Shown here: positions 14,462 to 27,408 of the stretch, piece by piece
Position numbering within the stretch: the stretch's first letter is position 1
Layout: each line of letters starts with the position of its first letter
Origin: the human T2T-CHM13v2.0 reference genome, Homo sapiens
Reading direction: 5' to 3' (one strand)
DNA length: 64,000 bases
NCBI RefSeq assembly: GCF_009914755.1
Contig: NC_060925.1
Translations under genes and position numbers: made by a program
Notes under the pieces: model-generated
The model's database searches: none
The model's input: the letters and a program-made list of their open reading frames with translations, nothing else
What the model was told of the DNA's origin: nothing

Positions 14462-14818
14462 TGTATTATTAGTCCATTTTCATGCTGCTGATAAAGACAT
14501 ACCTGAGACTGGGCAATTTACAAAATAAAGAGGTTTAATGAACTTACGGTTCTATGTGGCTGGGGAGGCCTCACAATCATGGTGGAAAGCAAGGAGGAGC
14601 AAGTCACATTTTACATGGATGGCAGCAGGCACAGAGAGAGCTTGTGCAGGGGAACTCCCCCTTATAGATCCATTAGATCTCTTGAGACTTATTCACTACC
14701 ATGAGAACAGCATGGGAAAAACCTGCCCCAATGATTCAATTACCTCCCACCAGGTCCCTCCCACAACATGTGGGAATTTAAGATGAGATTTTGGTGGGGA
14801 CACAGCCAAACCATATCA
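14462..14818 (-). mobile_element. THE1 (THE1B/C-like) MaLR solo LTR with perfect 5-bp TSD
   Basis: tgtattattagtccattttcatgctgctgataaagacatacctgagactggg...ggggacacagccaaaccatatca; TSD cctac at 14457-14461 and 14819-14823. Confidence 0.95.
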
Positions 14819-14945
14819 CCTACTAAACAGACAGATTTTTGTGGATTTCTACTTATCTTTGTGGTTTTATGGTCATTATATATATTTGTGATGTTTACCT
14901 TAACATCACAAATTAAATTATGTATGTCTTTAGAAGTCTCCTTCT

Positions 14946-15249
14946 GGCTGGATGCAGTGGCCTATAATCCCAGCACTTTGGGAGGCTGAGATGGTCAGAT
15001 CACTTGAGGTCAGAAGTTTGAGACCTGCCTGGCCAACATGGTGAAAACCCATCTCTACTAAAAATACAAAAAAAAAAAAAAAAATAGCCAGGTGTGGTGG
15101 CACACACCTGTAATCCCAGCTGCCCGGGAGGCTGAGGCATGAGAATCACTGGAGCCTGTGGGGTGGAGGTTGCAGCAAGTTGAGATCGCACCACTGCACT
15201 CCAGCCTAGGCAACAGTGAGAGACTCCATCTAAAAAAAAAAAAAAAAAA
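14946..15249 (+). mobile_element. AluS-type SINE with TSD
   Basis: Dimeric Alu with expanded A linker and A tail; TSD agtctccttct at 14935-14945 and 15253-15263. Confidence 0.95.
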
Positions 15250-15699
15250 TGGAGTCTCCTTCTGAAGGAGACTGATTAAGTCCAATATCTATCTGATACT
15301 ACTTAAATGAGAATCTCTAAAAACTAAAGCAGAATGACGCATTTCATTCAGTACCACAGGGCCAGATCATGGATCAGACATGGGATATTCAGACCTGAAG
15401 TCTAATGTAATTTGGAGACACGAAATAGATGAAATCTTTACTACAGTGCGATTCTGAGAATAGCCCCTAACTTTACATATAACATGGTAAAGGGAAGAGT
15501 ATAAGCCTAGGAATGGAAGTGTATTCAAGTAGGCTGTATTGTGGGCCAAGCAGAAGGTGAGTCCTTTAAGAAGAGAGCCTGCTCAATGGTGACTGGAAGT
15601 GGAATCAATGAGCTGTGAATTTCCCAGAGAGGTTTATGTGACCCTCTCTCACATGTTGGCTGCCAATCTCCTCTGCCTCCTTGCTGACCAAGCCCCACC

Positions 15700-16062
15700 T
15701 AGCAGCAGCAAGCCTTACCTGCGTGCCATGATCCCAGGAGCTTCTTTGTGCTTAGATGTACTGTCCGTTAATCAAACTCATGTTCTTCCTTCCAAACTCA
15801 GTTTACAGGCACGGTCATCTGTGAAAACTTCCTTGATCTTCCCCTTAAAATTCACTGTTTCTTTTTCTGCTCTTCTGTACTGTGTGCATGCCTATATTAT
15901 AAATCATGCTTACTTCTTTTGCAATGCTTTTTTGATGTACCAACTACCTCACTATGGTGTTAGCTGGTTGAGGGCAGTTCCTGTCTTGTTCATTCTTGTT
16001 TTTCCTGGGTCCAGAACTCAACCAATAGTTACTGATAAAATTAATGATTCAAATGATTAATG
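15700..16062 (+). mobile_element. L2 LINE 3' fragment
   Basis: tcatctgtgaaaacttccttga...ttgagggcagttcctgtcttgttcattcttgt...; typical L2 3' end. Confidence 0.6.
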
Positions 16063-16574
16063 ATACATTTTATCCTTAGATTGCACAATAAATAATTACA
16101 TTTGGCATGTTACAGAGATTTCTATGAAATGTCTTTCAATATGGATGTTTTCTTAAAATTGTTATTAATATAAATCTGTAAAAAGTATGACCAGAAAAAA
16201 ATGAAAAGTGGCAAATTTTAACTTACCGTGATGTTTATATCATTTTAAGTATTTTTAGCAAAAGATAACAGGAGTTTTGAAAATGTGTATCTGACTCTAC
16301 TAACTACCTTCTTAATTTATCATTAAGCTCTATTGATTGATTGATTGTGTCCCTAGGTGGGCTAGAAAATTTGATTTTTAGAACAGCATTTCAACAATGA
16401 TGAGAAATTTTCTGACCTCATGTTAACTGAAGGTGGAATGACTGCATTGCTATGAGTTAGTAAGAAAAATATTTTAAATAGTTCTTAAGGTTTTCTTTTA
16501 TTATAATAACTATTTTATTTCTTTTGATTGCTTTTGTTCAACATTCCAGGCTTGAATTCATCACTGTTTTTTAA

Positions 16575-17034
<460 letters not shown>

Positions 17035-17694
17035 TATGTTATTATTCTTGTAGATTTAAGCTATTTGTTTAAAAATAGAGCAAAAAATAACTGAACCAAA
17101 AAAAAAAAGGCCTCTGTGTCAATAAATGAGTAGCTATACATCACTCAGAGGAGGACTTAAACTTGTTTGATTTAAATGTTTCTTCTTGAATTGTGTGATT
17201 TTAACTGAAATTTTATCATACAATTGTAACATGAAAGATCATTAAGTCCACTAAAACAGTGTTTTAACACATGACGCCCATCTTTGTTGCTTGCTGTAGA
17301 CCAATTGTATACAGTGAAGTCAAACATGGGCTAATGAGATAGAGTTATAAGTAGCACAAATTATGTCAAGCCACTCAGATTTCACAGATGGCTGTAGATA
17401 GGTAACTGTAAAGCATTAAGCTAATAAAGACAATTTTTAAGAGAAGAAAATAGGTGATAGGTTACTCCAGTTTTCAGCACATAAGCTATTGTAGATTAAC
17501 ATCCATCAGTCAAAAAGGGGTAATGTTTGAATGAATCATATATACCATATCAAGAGTATTCATCCGGTTGTGTAACCAGAAATATAATGGAATAATGTAG
17601 GTATTATCACATTATTAAAGCTTTGATATGCTCAAGTAACTATGGTAATACAGCAATAATAATTACTATTGAATGAAATATGGCTATTTCTTTC

Positions 17695-18068
17695 AATATA
17701 TATGTATTTAATATATGATATATATTTATTATATTATGATATATGTCATCTATTTCTGATGTGTATAGATGATATGTATCGTATATTATATATGTATAGA
17801 TGATATGTATCATATATATGTATAGATGATATGTATCATATTTTATATATGTATAGATATGTATCATATATATAGATGATATGTATCATATTTTATATAT
17901 GTATAGATGATATGTATCATATATATGTATAGATATGTATCATATTTTATATATGTATAGATGGTATGTATCATATATATGTATAGATGATATGTATCAT
18001 ATTTTATATATGTATAGATGATATATATCATACTTTACATAAAATATATATTATATATATATATATAT
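17695..18068. repeat. AT-rich minisatellite, about 10 variable 22-32 bp units (core tatgtatagatgatatgtatcata), ending in (TA)n
   Basis: Directly visible tandem units between 17761 and 18032. Confidence 0.9.
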
Positions 18069-18076
18069 AAACGATA

Positions 18077-18173
18077 AGCTCACTGCAGCCTCAACCTTTT
18101 GGGCACAAGTGATCTTTTCACCCCAGTCTCCCAAATAGCTGGGACTACAGGCTCATGCTCCACACCTGACTAA

Positions 18174-18220
<47 letters not shown>

Positions 18221-18342
18221 TTTGTAGAGACGGGGTTTCACTTAATTGCCCCGGCTGGTCCCCATTTCTTGGGCTCAAGAGATCCTCCCTTCTTGGCATC
18301 CCAAGGTTTTGGGATTGCAGGTGTGAGCCACCACACCCTACC
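18077..18342 (-). mobile_element. AluJ-type SINE lacking its 3' end; (ATT)n expansion in the linker (about 18173-18219)
   Basis: gctcactgcagcctcaacc...gggctcaagagatcctccc...gtgagccaccacacc. Confidence 0.88.
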
Positions 18343-19452
18343 TGGAAGAAATATTTTTTATTGTTTCAAAAGCTAATACCTGACAAAATACCTGCTTGTT
18401 TCCTGATACCTTTATGAGTCTCCATTTTATGCATTCGAAGATGAACATTTCTGGATTACTATTTTCTAACTTTCTTTTTAACGAAAAGACTTCCAGTTTT
18501 ATGTTGAAATTTGATCATAACAATAATGGCCACCATACCCTCAGCTAGTAACTGGAGGGAGTTCCTAGCCACGTTGTCTCTCAATCGTCGCAAGTCTGCA
18601 AGGACTCCATTATCATCTTCCATTTACAAACGAGGAGACGTATACTGTTCTGTGTACACTACTGATTGACATATGTGTATGACCTAAATTTGTAAGAATG
18701 ATTTCCAAAGACTTTGTAAGGAAGTCAGCCTCACCACTATAGGACAGACACATAAATATGGAGGCATATAATATTTTCATGTGGGGAAATAGAGAACTAA
18801 TTTTATTTTTGAAAATAAAATTAATTTGGAAAATATGCTTCAGGTTAACCCTTGCTAATTTAATATTCTGGAGAGTAAATAGCTTCTAAACTCATAATTA
18901 AAGATTTCCCCTACTATGCTTCCGTGGGAACCAATGTGCATACAAATGAGAATCTATATCTATTTGGAGACACATTCTCAGTTAGGATACAAGCAGGAGA
19001 CTTTCAGGAGAATGCATTACCCATTTTTAAGATTGAAAATTTTGTTCATAAAAATCAAATAATATCATTTAACATGTTTTCTTATGTCTTGTTTCTTTCA
19101 CTTGAATGATTGATGTAAATGCCGTGAAATCAATGGACATGTCCTATAATTGATTGATTCCCTACAGTGGGGACTAGGATTCTTGGTCTCAACAAGTGTC
19201 TTTTCTATCCCATCCCGCTCCCATCAAAATGCTTTCACATGAACTATCTCTTTTCAGTTTAATTAGTTGAAAATAATTTTGCTGATTTATCTCATATTTT
19301 GCTTCTATGATGGAGATATAATTACCGGTGTTCTATTGTCCCTTTAGATATCCCCTCAACTATGTTATTTATCCCAACAAGGAAAATTTAAATGTAGGGG
19401 CAAACAAGCCTAGGAAAGGGAGCTACTTTTGAAGTAGTGGTTTCCACATCTG

Positions 19453-19717
19453 TTTTTTGAAGCAGAGTCTCACTCTGTCGCCCAGGCTAGAGTGCAGTGG
19501 CATGATCTCGGTTCAGTACAACCTCAGCCTTTCAGGTTTAAGTGAACTCTCGTTCCTCAGCCCCTTAAAGAGCTGGGATTACAGGCATGTGCCACTACAC
19601 CTGGCTAATTTTTTTATTTGTAGTAAAGACAGGTTTCACCATGTTGGCCAGTCTGGTCTCGAATGCCTGGCCTCAAGTGATCCTCCCACCTTTGCCTCCC
19701 AAAGTACTGGGATAACA
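19453..19717 (-). mobile_element. Alu SINE (S/J-type), 5'-truncated
   Basis: Reverse Alu body ending at ...cccaaagtactgggataaca; TSD-like acatct(g/a)tttttt on both sides. Confidence 0.9.
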
Positions 19718-19852
19718 TCTATTTTTTAATAAAGAAGATAATTATGATGTTGTGAAGTCATTTGAAATTCAAACATTAAATTATCTGAAAAGAAAGTCAT
19801 GTTGTAGATGAGTTTAGTTTAAATATTTGAAGCCAGAGAATTCGAGTATTCT

Positions 19853-19957
19853 ATTTATTCATTCAGCAAATATTTAGTGACCTCCTATGGTATAGCAGGC
19901 CCTGGGACTACAAACTATAGACAAAGTGCCTGTCCTTACAGAATTTACATTTCTAGG
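19853..19957 (-). mobile_element. L2 3' end fragment
   Basis: ttattcattcagcaaatatttagtgacctcctat...cctgtccttacagaatttacatttctag. Confidence 0.7.
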
Positions 19958-20229
19958 TAGCTGTTAGAGGTGGGTAGGGGCAGGATGTGTGGAAAGGCAT
20001 AGAATGTGTGTGTGTCTGTGTGTATGTGTGTGCACGCACGCAGGCATGCAGAAAAAGAGTGATCATTAAATATATGTATACAAAAAAAGTAATAAATTTA
20101 TTTTAAATGAAAGCAGCTCCTTTTTTATAGCAAAATTGCATTCAACTTTTCTAAAGCATAGTTTGAGATTACAAAATTTGACATTTTTACTCACTAAAAC
20201 ATCATATTTTGATCATTACTAAAAATTAA

Positions 20230-20599
<370 letters not shown>

Positions 20600-20981
20600 T
20601 CACTTTTTAAATCATTCTAAAATATTTGTAGGTGTTGTAGAATCTAAAGGAAAAATCCTCAAGATTATTTTGTACATCATCAGATTGCACTGAAGAGTGG
20701 TTATGAGGGATGATGGGGGCCAGAAAAATGTGAGCACTCTGAGACCTAAAGGGGAAAAAATTGTTGCCCTTTCACCAAAGGAAGAAAAGCAACTCCCAGT
20801 TTTTTGGTTCTTTGATTAAAGTTTAAGTCTTCTCTGTGCTGAAACATGGAGTCACATGGAAGTGTTCAGCTTTTATTATTTAATCACATGGAAGTTTGGT
20901 TGTGGAACTACAGTCATTGATTCATAAACATTACCGTATTAGAAATAATATGGGATGTGCACTTGAGACCTTGTGACAAAA

Positions 20982-21447
20982 TGAGGTAGAAGGTGGGACT
21001 CTGCTTCAGAGGCAGGGCTCAGACACCAGAACAATGAGGACTTGCTAAAACAGGAATGGGGCAGAAGCAGCTTTCCATAAGGCACGCCAGCAGTGTGCTG
21101 TGTCAGTTTACCGTTGCCACGGCAATGGTTACTGCCTCTTTCCATGGCAATGACTGGCAACCCAGAAGTTACTACCCGTTTCCTAGGAATTTGTGCATTA
21201 ACTGCCCCTTAATCTGCATGCAATTAAAAGTAGGTATAAATATGATTAAAGAACTGCCCTGAACTGCTACTCTATGCTTATGGGGTAGCCCTACTCTGCA
21301 GGAGCAGTCACAAAGCTGTAATGCTGCCTCTTCAACAAAACTGTTTTCCTCTACCCTACCACCAGCTTGCCCTTGAATTCTTTCCTGGGTGAAGCCAAAA
21401 ACCCTCATGTGCTAAGCACCAAGGTGGAGCTCACCTGTCCTGCATCA
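20982..21447 (+). mobile_element. ERV1-class solo LTR (MER66-like)
   Basis: tgaggtagaaggtgggact...gctaaaacagg...gtcagtttaccgttgccacggcaa...ggtataaatatg...tatggggtagccct...gaattctttcctgggtgaagccaa...cctgcatca; TG..CA termini. Confidence 0.8.
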
Positions 21448-23029
21448 AAAGGAACAGTTCAAAAATTGGAAAAACTGTCAGTCATGCACCGTGCTGAGAT
21501 GGTTTTCGAACTAGAAAGTAAATCAATCATTTTTAGTGATCTTTGGAGGCAATATAGTGATCTCTTTATTAAGCTCAGCCAGTAAATAGGTATCAAACTC
21601 TGTTTACTACGTTGCAATGATAGACAAAGTAGTCAATTCTTGCTGGAGGAAATGAGAAACGTTAACTACGCATGTACCTTTAAAAATATTTTCTTTTCTT
21701 TCCATGAAGCACAGATTCATGTTTGAAAACTTTTTACTGTTAGGTTCTCTGAATACATGATTTTGGTGGCTTTCCCAAATCAAGATTATTCAATTTTCTT
21801 GCCATTGATGTAAAAATCAATGCTTAATACACACGTGAGCCACAGAATATTTTTGGAGTCATTCCTGACAATTTATGTCTCATTTTAGCTTTTTTAAAAA
21901 ATATATAGATTCAAAAAATAATGTAGTCAAATGATATCGTCTCATGGTTTTTTTGACAATGGGACAACACAGTGTTGAGGTAGAGAAACACAAGTAGTGT
22001 CTCAAGATTAAGTTGCCCTTTTTTTCCACTACTTCACATGGAAAGCAAATATAAAAAGATGTTTGCCAAAGTGAAAATTGTTGACAAGAATTGTTGGGTT
22101 TCTACCCAAAGTACTAACAACCTGCAAAATGTAGCACACTAAAAATAGAGTAATTAAAGCTCCAGTTCAATTCCGATACTTCTAATACTAAGCCTGTTAA
22201 AGTACATTAGACAGATTATTGTAATGACAGGGGCCTCCTCAAGTTAGGAATACATCCACAGCTTCCACACAGAGGAGGCACATAAAATAAGTTGCAAGAC
22301 AGAAATGGTAAAAATGTATGACAAAAAGAAACCACTATTTATAAAGAGTTCCAATTGTTAGTTCATTTCAGCTTTATTATTAACTCTCCCTAGGAGAGTC
22401 ACACAAAGCAGCATACATAGAAGAAAGCAAATGCGTGTTCGTTAAATGGAGTTGAATTGAATTGAATGATGCTTCTACGTATTTATTTTTGGGGACATTA
22501 GTTACAAGCTTAGAATAAATAAATAAAATTTTTTTAAAAATTTTAAATAGTAACTGGATCTTGGACTTTAATTTCATTCTTTCATTCATGCATGGGGCTA
22601 AGAGACCCTCCAGGGCTCTGCTGAGAAGTGTAAAAGCCTACTTAAGTAGGCCAGAGAGCTATCTTCTTTTGCTCTGAATCTGTTTGCCTGTGAAGTTGAT
22701 CAAGGCAACGCGATTGCATTGCTCCTGACACCTCTACTTCTGTGCTCAGCTGGCTGCTGAATAAAACTAATCTTTACATCTGAGTTCTCTGTCAGTGTGA
22801 TTCAAACCTCCTTTAAAACTGTCTTCTTTGCCTTGCCATGACTACTATGTGGCTCTGAGGTTTTCTACTTCAACTATGGCAATAAATATTTTAATGGTCT
22901 CTCTGACCATCATTACTCCCTTCTGGTAATCATTCCCCTTGGCATTGGAGACTACTCTAACACACCTCTGAGTATTTTATTCTCTGTGTAAATGTCTCTC
23001 CCTTTGCCTCAAGATTAAAATCCAGACAC

Positions 23030-23955
23030 TTATTTTATTTTATAAGTTTCAGGGTACATGTGCAGGATGTGCAGGTTTGTGTTACATGGGTAAATGCGTG
23101 GCATGGTGCTTTGCTGCACCTGTCAACCAATCACCTAGGTATTAATCCTGGCATGCATTAGCACTTTTCTCTATTGTTCTCCCCCACCGCTCCACCGTCC
23201 CCCAACAGGACCCAGTGTGTGTTGTTCCCCTCCCTGTGTCCACGTGTTCTCATTGTTCAGCTCCCACTTATAAGTGAGAACACATGGTGTTTGGTTTTCT
23301 GTTCCTGAATTAGTTTGCTGAGGATAATGGCTTCCAGCTTCATCATGTCCCTGCAAAGGACATGATTTGTTGTTTGTTAGGGCTGCATAGTATTCCATGG
23401 TGCATATGTACCACATTTTCTTTATCCAGTCTATCATTGATGAGTACTTGGGTTGATTCCATGTCTTTGCTATTGTGAATAGTGCTGCAAAGAACCTACA
23501 TGTGCATGTATCTTTATAATAGAATGATTTATATTGCTTTGGGTTATATACCCACTGATGGGATTGCTGAGTCAAATGATATTTCCAGTTCTTAATCTCT
23601 GAGGAATCACCAGATGTCTTCCACAATGGTTTAACTACTTTACACTCCTACCAACAGTGCAAAAGCATTCCTATTTCTCTGCAACCTCACAAGCATCTCT
23701 TGTTTCTTGACTTTTTAATAATTGTCATTCTGACTGGCATAGAATGGTATCTCATTGTGGTTTTGATTTGCATTTCTCTAATGATCAGTGATGTGTTTTT
23801 TTCATATGGTTGTTGGCTGCATGTATGTCTTCTTTTGAGAAGTGTCTGTTCATGTCCTTTGTCCACTTTTTAATGGGATTGCTTTTTGTAAGTTTGCTTA
23901 AGTTCCTTGTAGATTCTGGATATTAGACTTTTGTCAGATGGATAGATTGCAAAAA
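23030..23955 (-). mobile_element. L1PA (older primate, L1PA8-10-like) 3' fragment: ORF2 C-terminus and 3'UTR, with TSD
   Basis: ORF 23171-23626 contains frameshifted L1 ORF2 C-terminal peptide (KDTCT..FFAALFTIAKTWNQPK..DWIKKMWYI.TMEYYAA); TSD tccagacac at 23021-23029 and 23957-23965. Confidence 0.93.
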
Positions 23956-23965
23956 GTCCAGACAC

Positions 23966-24550
23966 ATTCTGAATGGGAATAAAAAAACTTTCCAATGTCT
24001 GATTTCAAGAAATTCTCCAAACTCATATCCAGCGACACTCTTGTATTCACCTAACATACACCTTGTGTTTAAAATTGAATCTCGCATTTCAGCTTAACCT
24101 TGACCATATAGAACACATTTTCCCTAATTGCTTACTTTCATTCAAGAATATTTAATTGAATGCCAACAACTGACAGCCGGAACTTGGGCAGCATCCTCCA
24201 CAGTCAAACGTTCTAAGCTCTTTTGTGTGACTGGGCTGGCCCATGTTCTCTTTTCCTAGAATGCCTTTCCCTCTCTACCTGGAAACTGTCTACTCATCCT
24301 TTAATATACAGGTCAAAAGTTTTTGCCTTATGTAAGAATTATGAGTCACCTGAGTCAACTTCTTGCTTTATTTACTAAGTATTTAGCAAATAAAACTGAA
24401 ATCATCTACTTTATGTTTATTCTCCTTTCCCTAACTGGTCTCTGAGCTCCTCTTGCATATGTATTGCTGATTTTCCTTTGTTACCCTAGATAGAAGCTTT
24501 CACAGGAAGGGCACCTGGAGGATACTCCATAAATATGGACTAAGTGAATT
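23966..24550 (+). mobile_element. L2 fragment (continues from about 22950; split by the L1 and by a 116-bp insert)
   Basis: ttttcctagaatgcctttccc...ctactcatccttt...tgagctcc...ccataaatatggactaagtgaat. Confidence 0.55.
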
Positions 24551-25041
24551 TTTGTGCCCAAAAACATCTAGGGTATCTGCCAGTCCTTTTCCACCAATAT
24601 GCACTTCCTTAACCACTGACATAAGCTTTTGCTAGACTTGTAATAAGTATAACACAAATGTTTTGCACAACAGCCATCTCTTATCACTTTCCCTTTCACT
24701 TCCTTTCTGTAAGTCTATGAGTCTTATAAACTGTGAAAAGGTCATACTAGCAAAGCAGGCTGTCTCTATTATTCACAGTCTATAGGAGCTATTGGTAACC
24801 AGTTGATGCTGTGAGCCTGAGTCAGGATCATATTTCTTGGGTTCATCAGTTTATTTGTCCAATCTGAGAATCTCTACAGTGTACTTCCTAAAAGTATGTT
24901 CTGACATGCCCTTGAGTACTTAAATCCTTGTGTTTAAAATTGAATCTCTCATTTCAGCTTAACCTTGACCATATAAAACACATTTTCCCTAATTGCTTCA
25001 TTTCAGTCAAGAATATTTAATCGAATGCCAACAACTGACAG
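24061..25041 (+). repeat. 116-bp dispersed direct repeat (24061-24176 and 24926-25041), 110/116 identical
   Basis: Manual alignment: 6 substitutions, no indels. Confidence 0.95.
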
Positions 25042-26289
25042 TTCAACCACTACATCAAACTTTAAACCCAAATTCGGAGGGGCTAATTTTTAAAATATCA
25101 AATATGCCTCATAAGATTTCAGGGAAAGTTAGGACGAATTTCAAGAGAGAGCCTGATGATGGCTTTAACCTCAAAACTAAGACATTATTGTTAGTTGCGA
25201 GAAGCTGGCCAATATTTCTTGTACCTGAATTGATTAAATTGTTACATGTTATTAGATGATGGTGACAACCTACAACTTGTTAAGGATACATAGTGCGTTA
25301 ATTGTATAACTCCACATCTACATAACACTATACCACTGGAGTTATGGAATTAATGCCCTGTCCAGGATCTTACCCTTCTTGTTATCGCAGGACCCAATTC
25401 TTGCACAATTGATCATTTCCAAGGTGTTATCAAAATTAACCTTTAAGGTGAAACAATACATTGTATGGCTATTGTCCATTTATTTTGGCATTGACCGCAG
25501 TAGATGTCACATTGCAATTTTTCAAATAAAATTCAGAGTGATAGATGGACTAACTACATACCACTTATTCATAATAAAATATACAAATGATGAAGTATGG
25601 CATTTTGTGTGCAAAATTATCTGGGGCAAAAAATATATGTGTGTAAAACACAGGAAAAAGTATTGAGAAATTTGTGTTTGATAAGTATTTTTAAATACCA
25701 CTATTTAGGCAAATTAATTAGAAAATATATCAATACTTTCAGATTCTCAGTAACTTTACAATAATGTTAGGAAATTAAGTGAAATATTGTTAAAGTATTT
25801 TTGCTACATCTTTCTTTAGTGTCTTCAGCTGTTTTATTGCAACTCATACGCTGATGTTTTTTAATGATATTTCTTTTTATGGTCATTAATTTTTCCATAT
25901 GTTGTAATCTTAAAAATACAAAAAATGCAAAAACAATACAAAACACCTATAATCTCACCACTGAAAAACTCCAAAGTAATTCTTACAAATATTTTTATAC
26001 TTTAGACTTAGGTAATTTATATATTTGCACAAATGTGTGATCACATTCCTCATACCTCTTCATAGTATAACAATACATTCCCATTTTTACATTTCTCTAA
26101 GTATTATTCTAAAATATACTTCCAAGGATACGTAACATTGTATCGTATGAATGTACCAAAATTTATTTATCCCATATTTAGTTTCTTTTCATTCATTCTG
26201 TATTGCAACTTTAAATATATATGTGTGTATATATATATATGTGTGTGTGTATATATATATCCTGGCATGTAAATCTTTGACTGTGTCTG

Positions 26290-27408
26290 GGTCCATTTTC
26301 CCCATATGTCAGCTCCATCCGTGACCCCTAAAATTCAGGTTCCACACAACAAGGATGACATCTTTACTTGAATGCCTAACAAGTGGCTCTAAATTAACAT
26401 GTCCAAAACAGAACTCTAGGTTTTCCCACACCTCCCCCAAACTTGTTTCTCCCCCATCTGTCTCATCTCCCTTTCCCAGGCTTCACTCCTTCCCCAGATC
26501 TAGGCAAAAGCATAGGTGTTATTTTCCTCCTTTCTTCATTCCCCACATTCAGTTCCTTAGTCGGTTTTATTGAATCAGTCTCAGAACACATCCCACATCT
26601 GCCTCCTTCTTTGTGACTCTGCAGGCACCATCTGGTTCATCTCAACTTGCCTGGACCAGTGTAGGTAGTAACCTTTCACCTGTTTTCCGCAGGACCACTC
26701 TTGTGCTGTCCTTAATCAGTTATCTGCAGAGTCATGATGTGATTGTCCAAGACAAGAAATTCAGTTAATGTCACATGACATTAACGTAACATAACACTCC
26801 TTTGCTTAAAATCCTACAGGGGCTTTCAAAATACCTTAATAAAATCTATACTCTCATTTGTGGCTTGCGGAGCCCTGTATGGCCATTGCCCAGAAGTTCC
26901 CCTTCATCTCGTCTCACCTTCCTCTTTCACTACATATGTAATCTACCAGACTACCTTCTCCTGGTCCTCGTGGGCTGAGATGCTATTTTCTCAGATTATG
27001 GTTGCCTCCTGTTTTTTATTCAAGATTCACTGGAAGTTCCATCTCCTCTTAGCAGCTTCCTGCCTATTGACTATGAAATGAGCACCCTCATCGTTCTTAA
27101 ACAGAGCTTTACATTTTCTTCTCTTCATAAAGAATATTATATATTAAGAATAGATAATAGTAATAGTATCTATTAATAGATACTATCAATATCTATAACA
27201 GATAATCAAAAGATTGTTAATATTAATACCATCTATTAATAGATAATATTACTGATAATTAATAATTGTTTATCATATATTTCCTCATTAGCATGTAAAC
27301 TCTATGAAAAGTAGAGAAAATACCTGGACTCTTGTTCACTTTCTTCTCAGAACCTAGAAATGTCCTTATCACATAGTAGACACTAAATATTTACTAAATG
27401 AACAAATA
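26290..27408 (+). mobile_element. L2 LINE 3' segment (about 1.1 kb) with an AT-rich insert
   Basis: aaattaacatgtccaaaacagaactc...cttgcctggac...ctcctttgcttaaaatcc...cacatagtagacactaaatatttactaaatgaa. Confidence 0.75.

Noticed and set aside
17695-18068. Regularly spaced repeats resembling a CRISPR array
   Set aside because: No unique spacers, eukaryotic context and no cas genes; it is an AT-rich minisatellite.
23171-23626. 151-aa ORF with L1 ORF2 similarity
   Set aside because: Frameshifted remnant of a 5'-truncated L1; reported as a mobile element, not a CDS.
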